Below, one piece after another: positions 42,740-55,392 of a stretch of DNA of 64,000 bases; within the stretch, counting starts at the first letter, position 1, and every line of letters starts with the position of its first letter. The translations under genes were made by a program, and so were the position numbers. This DNA comes from the human T2T-CHM13v2.0 reference genome, Homo sapiens. The stretch lies in the NCBI RefSeq assembly GCF_009914755.1, contig NC_060936.1. One strand, 5' to 3'. The notes beneath the pieces were generated by a model. The model was not told the DNA's origin. It was given only the letters and a program-made list of their open reading frames with translations, and made no database searches.

Positions 42740-43385
42740 TGATTAATTAATTAGTACATTACCTATTGCATGCCATGCACTGTTCTAGGTAGTGGGGATA
42801 CAACTTGGTTCAAAGCAGATAACTTGTGTTCATTTAGCTCACAATTGTATGTCAAGGAATAGAATGATAGAAAACTATAAGGGAATTGAGAATGGACACA
42901 TTTTAGGCAGAGCCTAAATTAGCTGAAATACTGATTGTGTTGAGCCAAGAGTGGCAAGTGCAAAGGTCATTAGGTGGAAATTGCTTTGACTTATTCATGA
43001 AACCTCAAGAAGATGAAGGCAAATGGTTTGGTGTGAGCAAGTGGGAGAGGAGCCAGATCTAAAACTAAAGGTGCTATTCTAAATGCAGTGACAAACCACT
43101 GGAGTGCTTGCGTAGTTGTGCACATAGATGTAGAGCAACATAATTTAACTCACATGTTAAAAGCATTCTTTGGCTAGTGTGTGGAGAATACTGTGTGCAG
43201 GGTTAGGATGCAGGAGTGAAACCAGTTGCCCTATCAGGACAACCCTACAGGGAGTCCAGCCTATAGATGTTGAAGGCTTGAAACTAAGGCATTGTAGTCG
43301 AAATGATAGAAAAAAGTAGAGTTCAGTATATTTTGAAGATAGAACCAAAATTAGTAGTCCTGAGGAAAAGAGAAGAGCAAATAAT
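42740..43385 (-). mobile_element. L2 (continues past 44230 after the LTR insertion)
   Basis: cctattgcatgccatgcactgttctaggtagtggggataca; gcaagtgcaaagg; tattttgaagatagaacca. Confidence 0.75.
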
Positions 43386-44230
43386 TGATAGGGACAGGAG
43401 GCAGGGAAATTCTGGACAGAAGAGGGCGGGTCCCTGGTGAGAGCCCCACCCTCAAGCCTGGAAGCACAGCCCAAGGTGAGAACTTACATCCTTGTTTTCC
43501 TGCTCAAATGTTGCCTTTTCCAAAACCACCCACTGCCTACCCTGCCCCCCATTTTGTGCCCATAAAAACTCCAGGCTCAGCTGGCAGAGAGAGGGAAGCA
43601 GCTGGACATCGGAGACTATGGTTAGACGTCAGAGAGAAGCAACTTGACTTCAGACGGACAGGTTGATGGTGTAGCTTTGAAAAGGAGTCTAGCCAAGGAC
43701 AGCCAGACTTCAGGGAAAGATTACCTTCCCGCTCTGTCCCCTTTTCAGCTCCCCTTCACGCTGAGAGCCACTTTCAACAGCAATAAAATTCCCTGCATTT
43801 ACCATCTTCAATTCGTTCATGCAAACTCATTCCTCCTGGATGCCAGACAAGAAGTTGAGTGCCATGAGTACTGGTGCAAAAGGCTGTCACACTGACCCTG
43901 CAGTGAGCTGTTAACACTTAAGCCATCCATGAATGACAAAGCTAAAAGAGCACTGATAACACTCCCCTTGGGGCTTCAGGGGTCATGGACTACCCCTGCC
44001 CCAGATGCTATCACAGGGCCCACATGGAATTTTGCTCCTGCTGGTGCCCAAAAGCACTTGTCCCAGCTCCTGCACCCACTCACCTGCATGCCCCCTCCCA
44101 TGAGGGGTGGAACACAGAGGGTTCGACTGAGTGGAGCTCACTGCTGCCAGTGCCGAAGTGACTGGTTTTGTTCAGCACCCCTGTACTCCAGTTCCCACTT
44201 ACAAAAGGGCCAGGGAAGTATCTTGCTTCA
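43386..44230 (+). mobile_element. ERV1 solo LTR, LTR27/LTR28/MER50 group, full length (845 bp)
   Basis: tgatagggacaggaggcagggaaattctgg...tcttgcttca; TG/CA ends; perfect 4-bp TSD taat; TATA-like cataaaaa (~43561) and aataaa (~43782). Confidence 0.88.
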
Positions 44231-44849
44231 TAATGGTGACTAGATTTTGTATCTGAGTAACAAGTTAAATACTTGAATGTTGCTATATTACAATCCTAGT
44301 AAGGACCTATATATGTCAACTTGTTACATTTTCAAAACACTGTGAAAAATATTCTACTTAACTTTTTTAAAATTAGAAACTGAGATTTAGGTACATAAAA
44401 TAAGTAGTATGAGGTCACACAATTACTAAGTTAGTAGAGAAGAAAGTAAGTTCTCCCAAAGTTGTTTTGCAATCATAATCAGAATGTAACATTTGGCTAT
44501 ATTTTATTGACCAAGTAAAATATCTCTGCTACCTCATTTTCTGCCAAATTGCTTAAAAAACATCAAATGACTTATAATCCTTTATTGATGAGTGATGTTA
44601 TAGATTTACTAATATAATATAATTGAAAATAAATATTAATTTATTAACCTATACCAAAACTTCCACATAATCAGCTAGGGAGAAACTTCTAGTAAACATA
44701 CATTAACTTTGCCAGCTCAGGAATTTCCCAATTTAAAATATTATAGAAAACTTTTATCAAGGGAATATCATTGGTATATTATTGAAAAAAATTACTCACA
44801 AAAATGTATATGCTTTAAGACCTGTAGATGCATAAATTTGTATATATTT

Positions 44850-45130
44850 ATAATAGCTGATACTTATTGTATGCTTACTGTTTATATACAATGTTTGTTA
44901 GCCACTGTTTCTAGGTGCTATAGATGTATTAATTCATTTAGTACTCATAATGGTCCTAATTATGAGTACTACATAATTACTAATGTAGGTAATTATAATT
45001 ATTTTAATTTTAAAAATCAGAAAACCAAGGACTACAGAGATTACAGCATTTGTCTAAAGTTGCAACTAATGTGTCAGAGTTAAATCTGAAGATTCTGCTG
45101 TGGCTTTAGGGTCCTTGCTCTTATGCACTG
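44850..45130 (-). mobile_element. MIR (other MIR pieces at ~22090-22220, 44320-44450, 46110-46290, 46375-46600)
   Basis: gccactgtttctaggtgcta...tattaattcatttagtactcataa...cagagattacagcatttgtctaaagt. Confidence 0.65.
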
Positions 45131-46899
45131 TAAAATACAGTGTACTTACCTCTTTTTTTTTGCTGGCCTTATCAAGCTAAAAAGTAGTTTCTATTGTTAT
45201 GAAATATGTCATTTTGTCATAATAACTATAACAATGTTTTAGCAATTACAATAGAAAATTAATGTGTATCTTTAATTCTGACCTGGAATTTTTAAAGGTA
45301 TACATGGAAACTCATGTTTTGACATAGTAACATTTGTTTGTATTCTTCAGGAGATGATCAGATCCATGTTAATGTGAAAATAAGGCTAAGTATGGGAGAT
45401 ACATAATACACCAATAAGGTACCTAATTTTTTAAAAACTAACAATACAGTAATTTTTAAGAGTTATTTTTGTTCATTCACTGATATATTTTTATTTTTTA
45501 TTGTTTCCCTCTTTTAGCACCTTAATTAGGCTCTACAGTTTCTGAAGGAAGTGGTTTATTATATGTAGTTGTGAATAAACCTGAAGTTACCCCTGACATT
45601 TATCTTGTTTCATTCTTTTTTTTAATTCCAAAAAATGCAATGGAAACTGTAAGGAGCTTATATTGCCTGACCTTAAGATTATACATCTCCTAGATTGCAT
45701 TTTTCTTGAGTATTCATTCTCATTTCTAAGATGGTGTACATTCCTATAATTGAACTCATAAACATTGAAATGAAAATATCCAAAATGTCAAGAATATGAA
45801 AATAAATGATCTGTGATCTCCCAAGTTGATGAGTGGATATTCCTATATATTTTTTAACATGTACACAACATAAGTTTAAATGTCACAGCACAACATTATA
45901 CAATACAATAATTACATATGTTTTCTATGTGAATTAATAAAATTGGGAAAAAGGAAAATGGGTTATCTTTGATTATCGACATAGCTTATCTTCCTTAGGT
46001 ATTTTTCTATTTTAAATTTACATTTTAAGGACAGTATTTTTTATCCATTAAGTAAAAAAAAAAAAACTCAAAGAAATGAATACAATGACTTTTTAATATT
46101 TAGCATAAAATTATGAGCATTAACAAAAATTTTGAGTCCTAAATAAATGCCAAGCACTATTTTAGGTTTTAACTTACTCAATTTTTATAACAAATCTGTT
46201 GAATAAGTGTTATTGTTATTTGCCTAGAGAGAATAAGTAACTTGTGCCATGTGCAGAAATGACATAATAGAGACTGACTACTGTGTCTAGTCTCCTTAAA
46301 AAATCACCATTTCCAAATAGCAACTACTTTTGCTTTTCTCTGTTTTTCCCAGTAATCAAAATTAATAATTAGGTCTATTAGATACTGAGTGCCAGTTATG
46401 TGTCAAGTTATGTATTATCGTATTCAATCCAGTCCTCTCCACAAGCAGAAAAAAAATTTATTATTATACTTAATTTACAAATGTGAAAACTGAGTCTTAG
46501 ATAATTAGTGGGGGTAAACCTGCAAAAGTAAAAAAATACTGTTGGAGTTTGTTTCAAATCCAGAAAATCTGATCAAGTCCATATTTAAAAAACTCTCTTC
46601 ACCACCTTCCCAATAGTTATCTACATGCTGACATTTTATACTAGTGTAATAATAATGCCTCTTATATTTTTTATTTGTATATTTAGTTTAGTATTATAAA
46701 TATTTTCTTATAGATCGAGATAGAGTATGTAATCATTTTATGATTTAATTATGGTCCATGGAGTTGATATGCTATAATCTTCCTAATTATTTTTTGATTT
46801 AGATAATTGGATAGATGAGATAAACAAAGTCCTTTTGTATTTAAAAATAGTTCTTTATCCTATTTAACTTACCCCAAACATTTGAAAGAATAAGCCATT

Positions 46900-47490
46900 G
46901 TTTTCTACCCTGGAATGCTTCTGCAGCTTATTCTCTGCATCTGCTAGTTGGTTTCATCCTTTTTATTGGCTTCTGCTTCCGCCTGTAATATGTGATTTTC
47001 AATTCTCTTTCCAAGCTCTGGCCTTTCTCTTAAATGCCAGACTAGAGGTTTCTAAATGCTACTTTGATATCTTCATTTCATTGTTTCACTGGCACCACAA
47101 ATCAACATTTTCAAAGTAATTTTTACTATCTATACAAGTTTTTTGCTTGTAGGCATTATCTTGAGTAGAGCAATTTTTTCTCCTTCCAGTAAGTGAACAT
47201 AATACTTAGGTCATCTCTGAGTTCTCCCTGATTTCATCTGTAATTACTTATAATAAATTGTGGTATTTCTTTCTCTTGAATATTTCTTTATTCTGTCTGC
47301 TTTGCTTCAAGCTGACTAGTAACACTTAAATTCGTAATCTTACTCTACATATTTATTGCAATAGCTTCCTAACAAGTTTGTCTCCAGTCTTTCTCTCTTC
47401 TAAATGCTGCCAATTTTCTTTATAAAAGACATATGTGATGTCACACATTATCTTAAAAATGTCAAGAGACCCCATTTATTCTAAAATCAT
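46900..47490 (+). mobile_element. L2 fragment
   Basis: ttattgcaatagcttcctaacaagt..tctcc; ggcaccacaaatcaacattt. Confidence 0.6.
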
Positions 47491-47602
47491 ATATTTTATG
47501 ATATGAGAAAGATAATTACTCTTCTCACTCGGAAAAAAGCAATTTAATACAGTGCATTGTGTCAGGAAAAGCAAACCCAAATGGGAGAGGCTTAGGTCTA
47601 GT

Positions 47603-48897
47603 TGTTTCAGGCCTTTTTTTGCATTACTATTGTAAACCAAAGATAAATTTCTCAGACCCCTAACTGACTGAATGGACCCCTCCTCTCAACCAAGGACATT
47701 CCAAAATAAACCCGAAAAACTAATTCAGTCCATGATGAGAAGACAGCTGGGACATGCCTCATTATATTCTCCTCCCTTTGGAATTCAGGTACAACTGACC
47801 GACATTAGCATTAAAACAGAGATCTTAAGACTGACAAAACAAACTCTTTGTAGCAATAAGATACCAATTTGACTCTAGTATAGCATTACATGACAGAAGA
47901 CAGGCCTTGAAAGAAATGCAAGTATTTTAACCCAAAATATATTACTTTGACATATTTTAAAATGGCCCTGCAAAGCTGTCTCTTGTGAGGTAAATTTACT
48001 TTCTGTAGAGAATCTTCTTCCCTTAGTAGGTATTTTCAGGAGCGTCTAGCACCTTTTAAGATCTGGTAAGAAGACAGTTACCATCCAGTGTCTCTGAAGA
48101 CTGCCACCTGGAGGCTTCATCTGCCTAACAAGAACCTTGGCTTCCACAGTCTCCCTTATCTTAACCTCAAGCATTATTTCTTTCTACTGACTTCAACTCT
48201 TTAGGCAAAACTCACCTTTTTCAATCAATTGCCAGTCAGGAAATCTTTGAATCCACCTATGACAGGGAATCCAATCCCCTTTTCTAGCTGTCACACCTTT
48301 CCTGACCAAACCAATGTATACCTAACATGTATTGATTGATGTCTGCCTGTAACTTCTGTCGCCTTAAAATGTAAAAAATCAAACTGTGACCCAACCACCT
48401 TGGGCACATGTTCTTAGGACCTTCTGAGGCTGTGTGATGGGCATGTCTTTAACCTTGGTAAAATAAAATTCTAAATTGATTGAGACCTGTCTCAGATACC
48501 TTTTGGTTTACAGTATAAATGAATACCTGCAACTTGGTAAATTTATAAAGAAAAGAGATTTAATTGGCTCATGGCTCTGCAGGCTATACAAGCATGGCAT
48601 CAACATCTCCTTGGCTTCTGGTGAGGGCCACAGGAAACTTACAATCATGGTGGAAGGCAAAGTGGGGGAAGGCACATCACATGGTGAGAGCAGGAAACAA
48701 GACAGCGAGGGTGGGGAGGTCGCAGACTTTTAAACAACCAGATCTCATGTGAACTAGCTGAGCAAGTACTCACTTATCACCAATTCATTAGGGATCCACC
48801 CCCCATGATCCTACCACCTTCCACTGGGTCCCTCCTCCGATGTTGGTGATTACATTTCAATATGAGATTGGGGGGAACAAATATTCAAACCATATCA
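47603..48897 (-). mobile_element. MSTA/MSTB MaLR solo LTR split by a MER4 LTR (pieces 47603-47630 and 48513-48897)
   Basis: gcattactat | aaatgaatacctg...aatttataaagaaaagagatttaattggctca...tattcaaaccatatca. Confidence 0.88.
47631..48512 (+). mobile_element. MER4D/E-like ERV1 solo LTR, full length
   Basis: tgtaaaccaaagataaat...gagacctgtctcagataccttttggtttaca; 4-bp TSD ctat/gtat. Confidence 0.9.
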
Positions 48898-49252
48898 CTG
48901 ATATTATAAAAATTGGTTATATTAATTTTTATTATATCCTTAGCGTTTGGTTTAACAAGGTTTGGGGACTCTGGAACCTGAGAAAAAGAAAAGAATCAAG
49001 AAAGGATAGAGTTAACTTAATTAGAAATAGGGGCCTGACTGAAGAAGTATAATTTTGAGAAAGTAAAAAACAGGGAGACATATCCAGCTATGGAGATGAT
49101 CACTGCTACCTTACCTGTGATTCTTTTTATAATTTCTCTGCTATAAATTTTTAGCAGATAACATGTAATGTGTTTAATGATACCAAGGATATTTCTAGAT
49201 ACGTATAGTAAAGTCTCAAGACTCTTTCATACTAACTTGTAATAATATGAAA

Positions 49253-49505
49253 GTCATGGCAGAAGAGAAAGCAAACATGTCCTTTTTCACATGGCAGCAG
49301 CAAGGAGAAGGGCTGAGCAAAGAGGGAAAAAGCTCCTTTTAAAACTCTCAGATCTTGTGAATTCTCACTCACTATCATGACTATAAGTTTCCTGAGGCCT
49401 CCCCATCCATTCTGAACTGTGAGTCAATTAAACCTCTTTCCTTTATAAATTACCCAGTCTTGGGTATGTCTTTATTAACAGTATGACAGAGAACAGACTA
49501 ATATA
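49253..49505. mobile_element. THE1D-like LTR, rearranged: 49253-49380 minus, 49376-49505 plus, 5' end absent
   Basis: Minus piece reads tcatgatagtgagtgag...ttctgccatgac; plus piece reads catgactataagtttcctgaggcctcccc...cagactaatata. Confidence 0.9.
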
Positions 49506-49701
49506 CTACTCTCTCAATTTATCAGAATAAGCTCCTGTCCTAACATATGAAAAGTTAACCTCACCATTAGCCCCAAAACTCTCGCTAAAAATAGACATTA
49601 AGGGAGAATATCTTGCTGGTGTGGAAAAAATATGGATTTTTAAGTGATGGAATAAATTCAGCACCTGTGTGTCATGGTAAACTTACTTAGTTGTTCCAAT
49701 A

Positions 49702-50445
49702 CAACAGTTCTCAAACTTTCTGGTCTCAAGACTCTCAAACTATTAGAAATTATTGAGGTCCCAAAGAGCTTTTGCTCATATGAGGATGCATATTTTGATA
49801 GTTATATTAAAATCAAAACCAATGAATATTTAACATATTCATACACCATGTCTTTTTAAATAGCAATTATAACCTATTACAATTTAATATAGGTATATTT
49901 TTATGAAACATAATCCTGTGTTACAAATCCACAAATATTTAATGAGAAAAGTAGTATTTTATATTTTTGCAAATCACTTTAATGTCCAGTTTAATATATT
50001 GTCATATCTACTTTGGTATATATTCTGTTGAAAAATGTCTAGCTTGAACTATGTTAAATAAATTCAACTTCACAAAGATATACAGTTTTCATATAATCAT
50101 GGAAAATCTCCTTTGTTACTAAATCTTGACTCAGTCTTTATATTTTCTTCATGGTTAGTTGCAATGTGGAAACTGAAACCGTAACAAGGAACATTCTTAC
50201 TCTATTACTTTAAATTCATTGGTCCATCTTGTCCTTTGAATTGATTCTATACCCATGTATTATTTTGGAAAATGTTGATTCATCGAATTATGTACATATT
50301 CTAAATGTTGCCATAATTCATGATATAGCTGAAAACTCATATTAATATCACCATTGATATCATCAGAATAAATTAAATATTGAGTGCATATCAAGCTCAT
50401 GGTGGTAGCTACAAGGTTTCCAAATGTCTAATTCTTCTTGACATC
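49702..50445 (-). mobile_element. Charlie1-family hAT DNA transposon fragment
   Basis: Terminus caacagttctcaaactttctggtctcaagac...attattgaggtcccaaagagcttttg. Confidence 0.8.
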
Positions 50446-52199
50446 TCCAGCCAGTGTTTTTAGTTGTGGGTTCTGCACTTACTGTTCAGGGGATTCTATG
50501 CTTTCTTCCAAACAAGGCTTTATATTTAATTACTTTTACTCTTTTCAAAATTTTATATAATTTATTGGTAAATATTGATCTTCCAGAAACTAGTCATACT
50601 TCAATCAATTTTCAGTCCTCACAAAAGGAAAAAATACTCATACATTTCCTAGGCTGTAGTCTGCATCCTATCCTTTCCTTGTAGATTTAAATCTCATTCT
50701 GGTTTTTTAGCTATTATTTTAGTGTGCTATGTGAGGCAAAGAGATTGGACATGGGTGACTAAACAGTCATCTTTAATTGGAATTTCAGTACTTTATGGTT
50801 TAAAAAGAGAATAATGTTTTCTTCATCACTCATGTTCATCATTCCCCATCCATTTATTTCCTTACAGACAAAGATAATTAGAATCTCCAATGAAACTTCA
50901 AGTAGTCATTAAATGAGCACTTCAACAAAGCTTTAGAACTAGAAGTACATAAGTACAAAATTCAAATGTATGTCATGTGTTAAAATATGACCAAGTGACA
51001 TGAATATTCTCAAATTACTGTAAGTAGTACTGTATGTAAAAAATGAAATGCCAGCCTCTATGTGTCACATTGCCTATGAATCATCATCCTGTCATTCTCA
51101 AAAAGGTGTTTAGCATGAGAATTAAACTTTTATTAAAGTTACAAAAATATTTAAAACTTTTTAAAAATATATTATTTAAGTAGAATCGCTTAGAATGTTA
51201 ATAGAATGGCATGAATGCGTTGCATAAAGAAACAACTAGAATATTTTATATCAAATAAAGATACTGATGTTACATATGATCCTAATAGCATATTGCAATG
51301 GCATATATTCATTCACTTTTTATACATCAAGTTTATCCTCACTTATATATTTGCCTATAATAGAAAGGATAGCTGAGTCTTTTCTTATTGTGCTCTCTAG
51401 GACAATAAGAAAACTAACTCTAAATGTTGGAGATCTAGAGAGGAATTTGTGAGTTTTAAAACCAACAATAAAAAATGAAGAGATTGGAAAATGTTAGAGA
51501 AACTTGTAATTTGCATAGAGTAAAAATCTAATAAATGATGTTGAGAAGTGAGCTGTGTGTAAACAAATAACTATTTGTTAAATTTCTGTTGCTGAAAGGC
51601 CTCTAAGTGTAAAGAAAAACGTTCAATGCATGGTGAGTCAAGTCTGCTTTGCATTCACATTTCAGATAGAAGCAACGAAAATCGTGTAGAAAGGTGGTTA
51701 GATGAGATGTTGGAAATATTGACAGTGAGCAAATATTCAAATCTGTTGAAAAAAATCATTGCTTTCAACCTTCAGTTCCATATAATCTAGAGTCTCAGAA
51801 ATTACCTCCAGATCCTTCTGAATGTATGAAAGGGAATTTTGAACACAAATGTTTGTTTTATGAATCACCACAATATGAAATTCAGTTGAGAAATGAAACT
51901 TTCACCATGCAATTTTCATGTTGATCAGTTTGTCAATAGTTCAGAAGGAAAGTTTCATTCAGCTGAAAGTGGAACAAAGAAAAACTGGGTTGGGGATTTT
52001 TACTTTTAGTTACTGTACTGTCATTGTACCTGTTCGTTTCTACTCAAGAACAGAGAAAAGTGGACAATTGTTTTTTGTCTGCATTGACTTATAAGGTCTG
52101 ATCTCTTCTGAGATATGGTACTGATTAAGAAAGGTTTTGAACCATTTGGAATGCATTACTAAATGCTGTTATGGAATACCTTTTCTTAAGAGTTTTAAG

Positions 52200-52385
52200 A
52201 CCATGGTTCAAAACAGTTTTTCTTTGTATATCAGACAGGGGAATTAACAAAATCAAAGGTCCTAAACCCTTTGAAACTGTATACAGAAGTTTGTGGGAGG
52301 GGGCCCTAGTGCATTATCATGAAGACAGTCTACGCAGCTTTCATCAGATTCTTAAAGGGGTAAGAAAACTTTACAAAAGGACAAT
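52200..52385. mobile_element. Old hAT-Charlie MITE fragment
   Basis: gaaactgtatacagaagtttg...cagctttcatcagattcttaaagggg. Confidence 0.5.
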
Positions 52386-53205
52386 AGACATTTGATGAAA
52401 ACAGTCTGTCCAATCCTATGATTGTATAACTATGCTTATATATTTAAGTTTACAAAAAATAAATAAACTAGTAAACAGGAAGAAAAAGCTTGACTACATA
52501 AGACTTTAAGAAAAAATAAATATTTAGAAATAAAGACATGTTTCCTTAAAGCACTTAACATTGTGGCAGGCTTTTGTAATTTAGAAAGGAATGTTATTTA
52601 CTTCATTTAGTGCAAAATAAACATATAGAAAAGCATATTTGTTATTAATTTCTTTTAACATTTTCCAAAGTGTTTCAAAAAGTTAATTTTCACTAGTAAC
52701 TGATGGTGGCCTAATATTAGGATACTTTTGGACAGAGAAAGGGGCACCAATAAAACTAAAGAGAGGGTTTGCTATCATTTTGTATTAGTTTGAGAAGCTA
52801 TATGTCATTGTGAAGAAACCATTTTATTTAACATAAGAAAGCAGGGTCACTTAACTTATTTATTTTATTTTTATTTTTAAATGTATTTATTGACTTTGGT
52901 TTTTCAAACATTTAATTAGCTAGTACTCATCAAATATCTTAAAGTTTGTTTGGAAAAAATTAATCCATATTTTGTAGTTATGTGCTAAAGATCATTAAAT
53001 TAAAACTATTTGAAACAAGTTTTCCAAAAAGAATAAAATCAATTTTTGATTCACAGGTTCATTTAAACTTTAGGATGTAGATTTTCTTTAGTTGGCTTAG
53101 GAGTTAATTATCATGAACTCCTAATGTGATTTATTTTGCATTATTCACATTGACCCAAACAGCAAAGTTTTATGAACCTGCAAGAAATAAAACACTATTT
53201 ACAAC

Positions 53206-53267
53206 TAGCTAAAATCCATACTTACAGAGACTTCTGTAGCTGAAATCTATACTTACAGAGACTTTTG
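53206..53267. repeat. 31-bp tandem duplication
   Basis: tagctRaaatcYatacttacagagacttYtg twice, 3 mismatches. Confidence 0.92.
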
Positions 53268-54259
53268 TAAATGTCAATCACATTTATAAGACTGGAGGAA
53301 AAAGGTGCCATTGCTTTCTTCTTATTTTTTTTCTACATTTATTGATTATATTTAAGTTAGTCTCTATCATATGTAACTCTGTTAGCTTTTTTCACCTTTT
53401 CGTAGAACTTTTCAAATAATAGTTTCATGGTCTTTGAAGGATACTCTCACATCAACATATTGTGGGGACTGAGACAAGAAAACTGAAGAGTAGTAACAAC
53501 AAGGGCTATAAAGATTCTTTCCCACATAATTGATTTATGTCATCCCTGAAATGCAAGCAGGTCCTTGAAATTCAATAATTGAGTGTCCTTGTAGTTCTTC
53601 AGATCCGACATATTACATCTTTGTTATTGACTACCCTGAATTTCCTTTAATTAACTTACAGAAGTTGCAACATGTGGAAGGTTTCCATTTGGGTTTACTA
53701 ACTTCATTAGAATGTCTTTACTGTCTAAAGTATACTAGTGGAGTTTGATAAGATAGAGTCCTCTCCTCCAATAAATCTAACATGTCCTTAGATACTGTTT
53801 CACTTGGGTCATTTATGAGAATCTCCACTATACTGTAATATAAACTAATGATCACAAATAACATCAGGAGAACTATTCACTGAATGACTACTTGCTAATA
53901 AATATTAAATAATGTCAATTGATTCAACCAAAATTCACTTCAGATTACTTTTATTTGTTGTATTTTGTGCAGCTTCAGGATACTTACCATGATAATAATA
54001 ATTACTATTACCCCACCAAAATACCAAAGTAGATGTTTCAAGAATACAAAAATAAGTAATATGATCCTCAGCCTCAAGTGGATTATCTGCTAAATAACCT
54101 AAAAGACTGCATGAATAATATAGAGACCAGTAAAAGCCATAACTGATTTGCAAGGTGATAGAAGGACTCAAGATATGGAAAGACACTCTATCAACCAAAA
54201 ATAATGAAAATTTGTTTTCATAGTGTTAAATAATGACATCCACATCTACCCATATGTTT

Positions 54260-54825
54260 TTGACCATATAGAGCACATTTTATGAGATGTGGTTTCCCCT
54301 CTTTCTCTGGATTTATTTTCGACTACTTTTCCCATATGTTATGTTACAATAGTAAGTCTTTTCTTTGAGACTCACATAGGCCAATTCAGTTCCCATGTCA
54401 GGGCCTTTGCAACTGCTGTAACCTCTGCTAGAAAGTGTTCCATCTCTACTTCCACCACCAGTTTTAACGTGTCTGGCTTATCTTCATCATTAATGCCTTG
54501 ATTCAAATACTATCTCTTTAGTGTGGCTGAGCTGACCATATTATTTAAATTATATTCTTTATCTGTCCTGTGTCTGAGTTTCTCTCAATCATATTACTCT
54601 CTTACGTTATGAACCATTACCCACTTATTTTCTCATATCACATTCCAATAACTAAAATTATAACATACTTGATTATACGTATTTATTTGTCTGTTGACTG
54701 GATCTTCCTTGATTAGAATTTAAACCTCATGATAGCACAACTGTGCGTGTCTTCTTAACTGCTCTAACCTCAATGCTTAAGACATAGCATCAGCATGTAG
54801 TAGACATTCAACAATATTAATAAAT
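54260..54825 (+). mobile_element. L2 3' end
   Basis: cagggcctttgcaactgctg...tagaatttaaacctcatga...catgtagtagacattcaacaata. Confidence 0.75.
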
Positions 54826-55026
54826 TTTACTTAGATATGGTTGGGGAGGTCACTGAACAGAAGAAAGTTTTATTTGACTCACTTTATATTTTAAATTAAA
54901 CACATCTAGTTTTGCTCTTATTTAAATATTCTTGATGAATTTCATTTTTTTTCAATGCAAAATATCACCTTATTTCCCTCATGATTTAAACCCTGAGTGA
55001 GATTTTTACGAACAGAATTTACCAGC

Positions 55027-55392
55027 TGATATGGTTTGGTTGTGTTCCATTCAAATCTCACCTTGAATTGTAATAATCCCCACGTCAAGGGTGGGACCAG
55101 ATGGTGATAACTGATAAAAGAACAGTATGGGGGTGGTTTCTTCCTCACTATTATTGTGGTAGTGATTGAATAAGTCTCATAAGATCAGATGATTTTATAC
55201 ATGGGAATTCCCGTACACAAGCTCTCTTGCCTGCCATCATGTGAGACATGACTGTGCTCCTTAGTTGCCTTCTGTTGTGATTGTGAGGCCTCCCCAGCTA
55301 TGTGGAACTGTGAGTCAATTAAACCTCTTTCCTTCATAAATTATCCATTCTCAGGTATGTCTTTATTAGCAGCATCTGAACGGACTAATACA
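55027..55392 (+). mobile_element. THE1B/C MaLR solo LTR, full length
   Basis: tgatatggtttggttgtg...gaactgtgagtcaattaaacctctttcc...cggactaataca. Confidence 0.93.

Noticed and set aside
45330-45425. Candidate exon tattcttcag|GAGATG...AATAAG|gtacct
   Set aside because: Weak donor, stop codon in the best-looking frame, and no partner exons identifiable.
53097-53125. Short hairpin ttaggagtt-N10-aactcctaa
   Set aside because: A 9-bp stem is within chance expectation and too short for a pre-miRNA.
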